Shown in pieces: positions 27,803 to 28,816 of a DNA stretch of 28,816 nucleotides. Source of the DNA: Candidatus Jordarchaeia archaeon (GTDB lineage: Archaea; Asgardarchaeota; Jordiarchaeia; Jordiarchaeales; Jordiarchaeaceae); contig JAHQXB010000021.1 in NCBI GenBank assembly GCA_029856435.1, forward strand, positions 1 through 28,816. Direction: 5' to 3'. The notes below the pieces were generated by a model, which was not told where the DNA came from, did not search any database, and saw only the letters and a list, made by a program, of their open reading frames with translations. The first letter of the stretch is position 1. The number at the start of each line of letters is the position of its first letter. Position numbers and translations under genes: made by a program.

Positions 27803-28816
27803 TCAGAATCCTTTGTGTTTTGTTCTCCTGTAGTAGTTGTAGAGTGCTGATAGAACCCTTGCTGCTTTTCTTGGGGTAGAATAAACTGCTATTCCCTTCT
27901 TTTCTAGTTCTTGGGCGCTTTTCGTCCATTCTGCTGCGGCGTTTTCTATCGCGGCTGTGGTTCCTATGACAATTGTGGGCTTGTTTATTTTTATATTGTT
28001 GAATGCGTCTCTGGGTTCAACTGTTCCCGTAAAGTGGGGTATTATCAGAACCAATGAGTCTACTGAGTCATCTCTAACCATATATTCCAAGATTAGGTTG
28101 TAGGCTTGTATGATTCCCAAATTTTGGCAGGCTGTGAACATGTCAACTGGATTATCGACTTTAAGCCAGCTTGCGGATATTTCTCTAATTTTGCTCACAG
28201 TTTCTTTTGAGAGTTCCGCAAGGTCCAAGCCGAATTCCTCGCAAGCATCCACAAGCAATGCGCCCAGTCCCCCTGTAAAGGTTAGGATTCCCACCCTATT
28301 TCCCGTTAAGGGTGGAAGCACATTAAACCCTTTTGCTATGTCCGCCCATTCATCCAGGTCTACTGCTTGTGTTAAGCCCGCCTGCTTAAAAGCCGCTTTA
28401 TTAACCTCATTTCTGCCAGCAAGCGAACCAGTATGCGCCTGAATGGCCTTTGAACCCTTCTCGCTCACTCCCGACTTCAGAACAATAATTGGTTTCTTTT
28501 GGGAGATCTCACTTGCCACACGCATAAACCTCTTACCATCACGCAATCCTTCTATGTGCAGGGCTATAACTCTCACAGTTGGATCGTTGCCCAAATATTC
28601 TAGGGTGTCTGAAAAGTCCACATCGCACATATTTGCCAAATCAATTATGTGACTTACTCCTCCAAACACTTCGGAATAGTATTTGGCGCAGGCTATAAAG
28701 GTGCCTGTCTGACTAACTATGGCAGCTCCTCCGGGAATGATATCTTTATGGGGCGCAAAGGCGGTGTCCAACTTTTTCTTCATGTTGAGAATTCCCTGAG
28801 AATTAGGGCCAATTAT
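27803..28816 (-). CDS. NDP-forming acyl-CoA synthetase (acetate-CoA ligase) alpha subunit, 5'-truncated by the window edge
   Basis: The frame stays open past the ORF-track start to the edge (IIGPNSQGILN). Motifs VSQTG, DVDFSDTLEYL, IEGLRDG, LKSG, phospho-His motif HTGSLAG, GGLGAL..D, NPVD. Confidence 0.9.
   Translation of the reverse strand: MIGPNSQGILNMKKKLDTAFAPHKDIIPGGAAIVSQTGTFIACAKYYSEVFGGVSHIIDLANMCDVDFSDTLEYLGNDPTVRVIALHIEGLRDGKRFMRVASEISQKKPIIVLKSGVSEKGSKAIQAHTGSLAGRNEVNKAAFKQAGLTQAVDLDEWADIAKGFNVLPPLTGNRVGILTFTGGLGALLVDACEEFGLDLAELSKETVSKIREISASWLKVDNPVDMFTACQNLGIIQAYNLILEYMVRDDSVDSLVLIIPHFTGTVEPRDAFNNIKINKPTIVIGTTAAIENAAAEWTKSAQELEKKGIAVYSTPRKAARVLSALYNYYRRTKHKGF

Noticed and set aside
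1-28816. CRISPR array, tRNA or rRNA genes
   Set aside because: No regularly spaced repeat-spacer units or tRNA/rRNA signature sequences found by eye.

Overview
An archaeal chromosomal segment (archaeal-type PEP carboxylase fold, GGAGG/GGTGA ribosome-binding sites, AT-rich TATA-containing intergenic DNA). An Asgard origin is plausible from the TPR-zinc-ribbon and roadblock-like orphans, but that is a guess. Most of the window is ordinary metabolism: two family-I CoA-transferase alpha paralogues plus a beta subunit around a crotonase-fold isomerase, a TIM-barrel protein, an SDR, a GT4, MaoC, CBS, radical SAM, malic enzyme, M20 peptidase, DUF364, GNAT, TPR, NUDIX, a GT-C/GT2/flippase trio and an NDP-forming acyl-CoA synthetase. 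The ORF track missed or mis-framed several features: a CoA-transferase alpha at 1-654 with a 1-nt frameshift, two rubredoxins (13812-13976 and 14374-14532) and a decayed DUF362 gene. Three things stand out. (1) Two ~97%-identical ~326-bp non-autonomous elements in opposite orientation (9445-9771 and 15059-15383) look like IS607/TnpB derivatives reduced to a left end, a TnpB C-terminal remnant and a structured omegaRNA-like right end. Removing copy 2 restores the DUF362 frame exactly. (2) An intact full-length PpcA homologue has lost most of its catalytic residues and is a candidate pseudoenzyme. (3) The two rubredoxins differ at the known redox-tuning positions (V44 vs A44, G10 vs D10). No tRNA, rRNA or CRISPR array was seen. 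All family calls come from motif recognition only; no searches were run.
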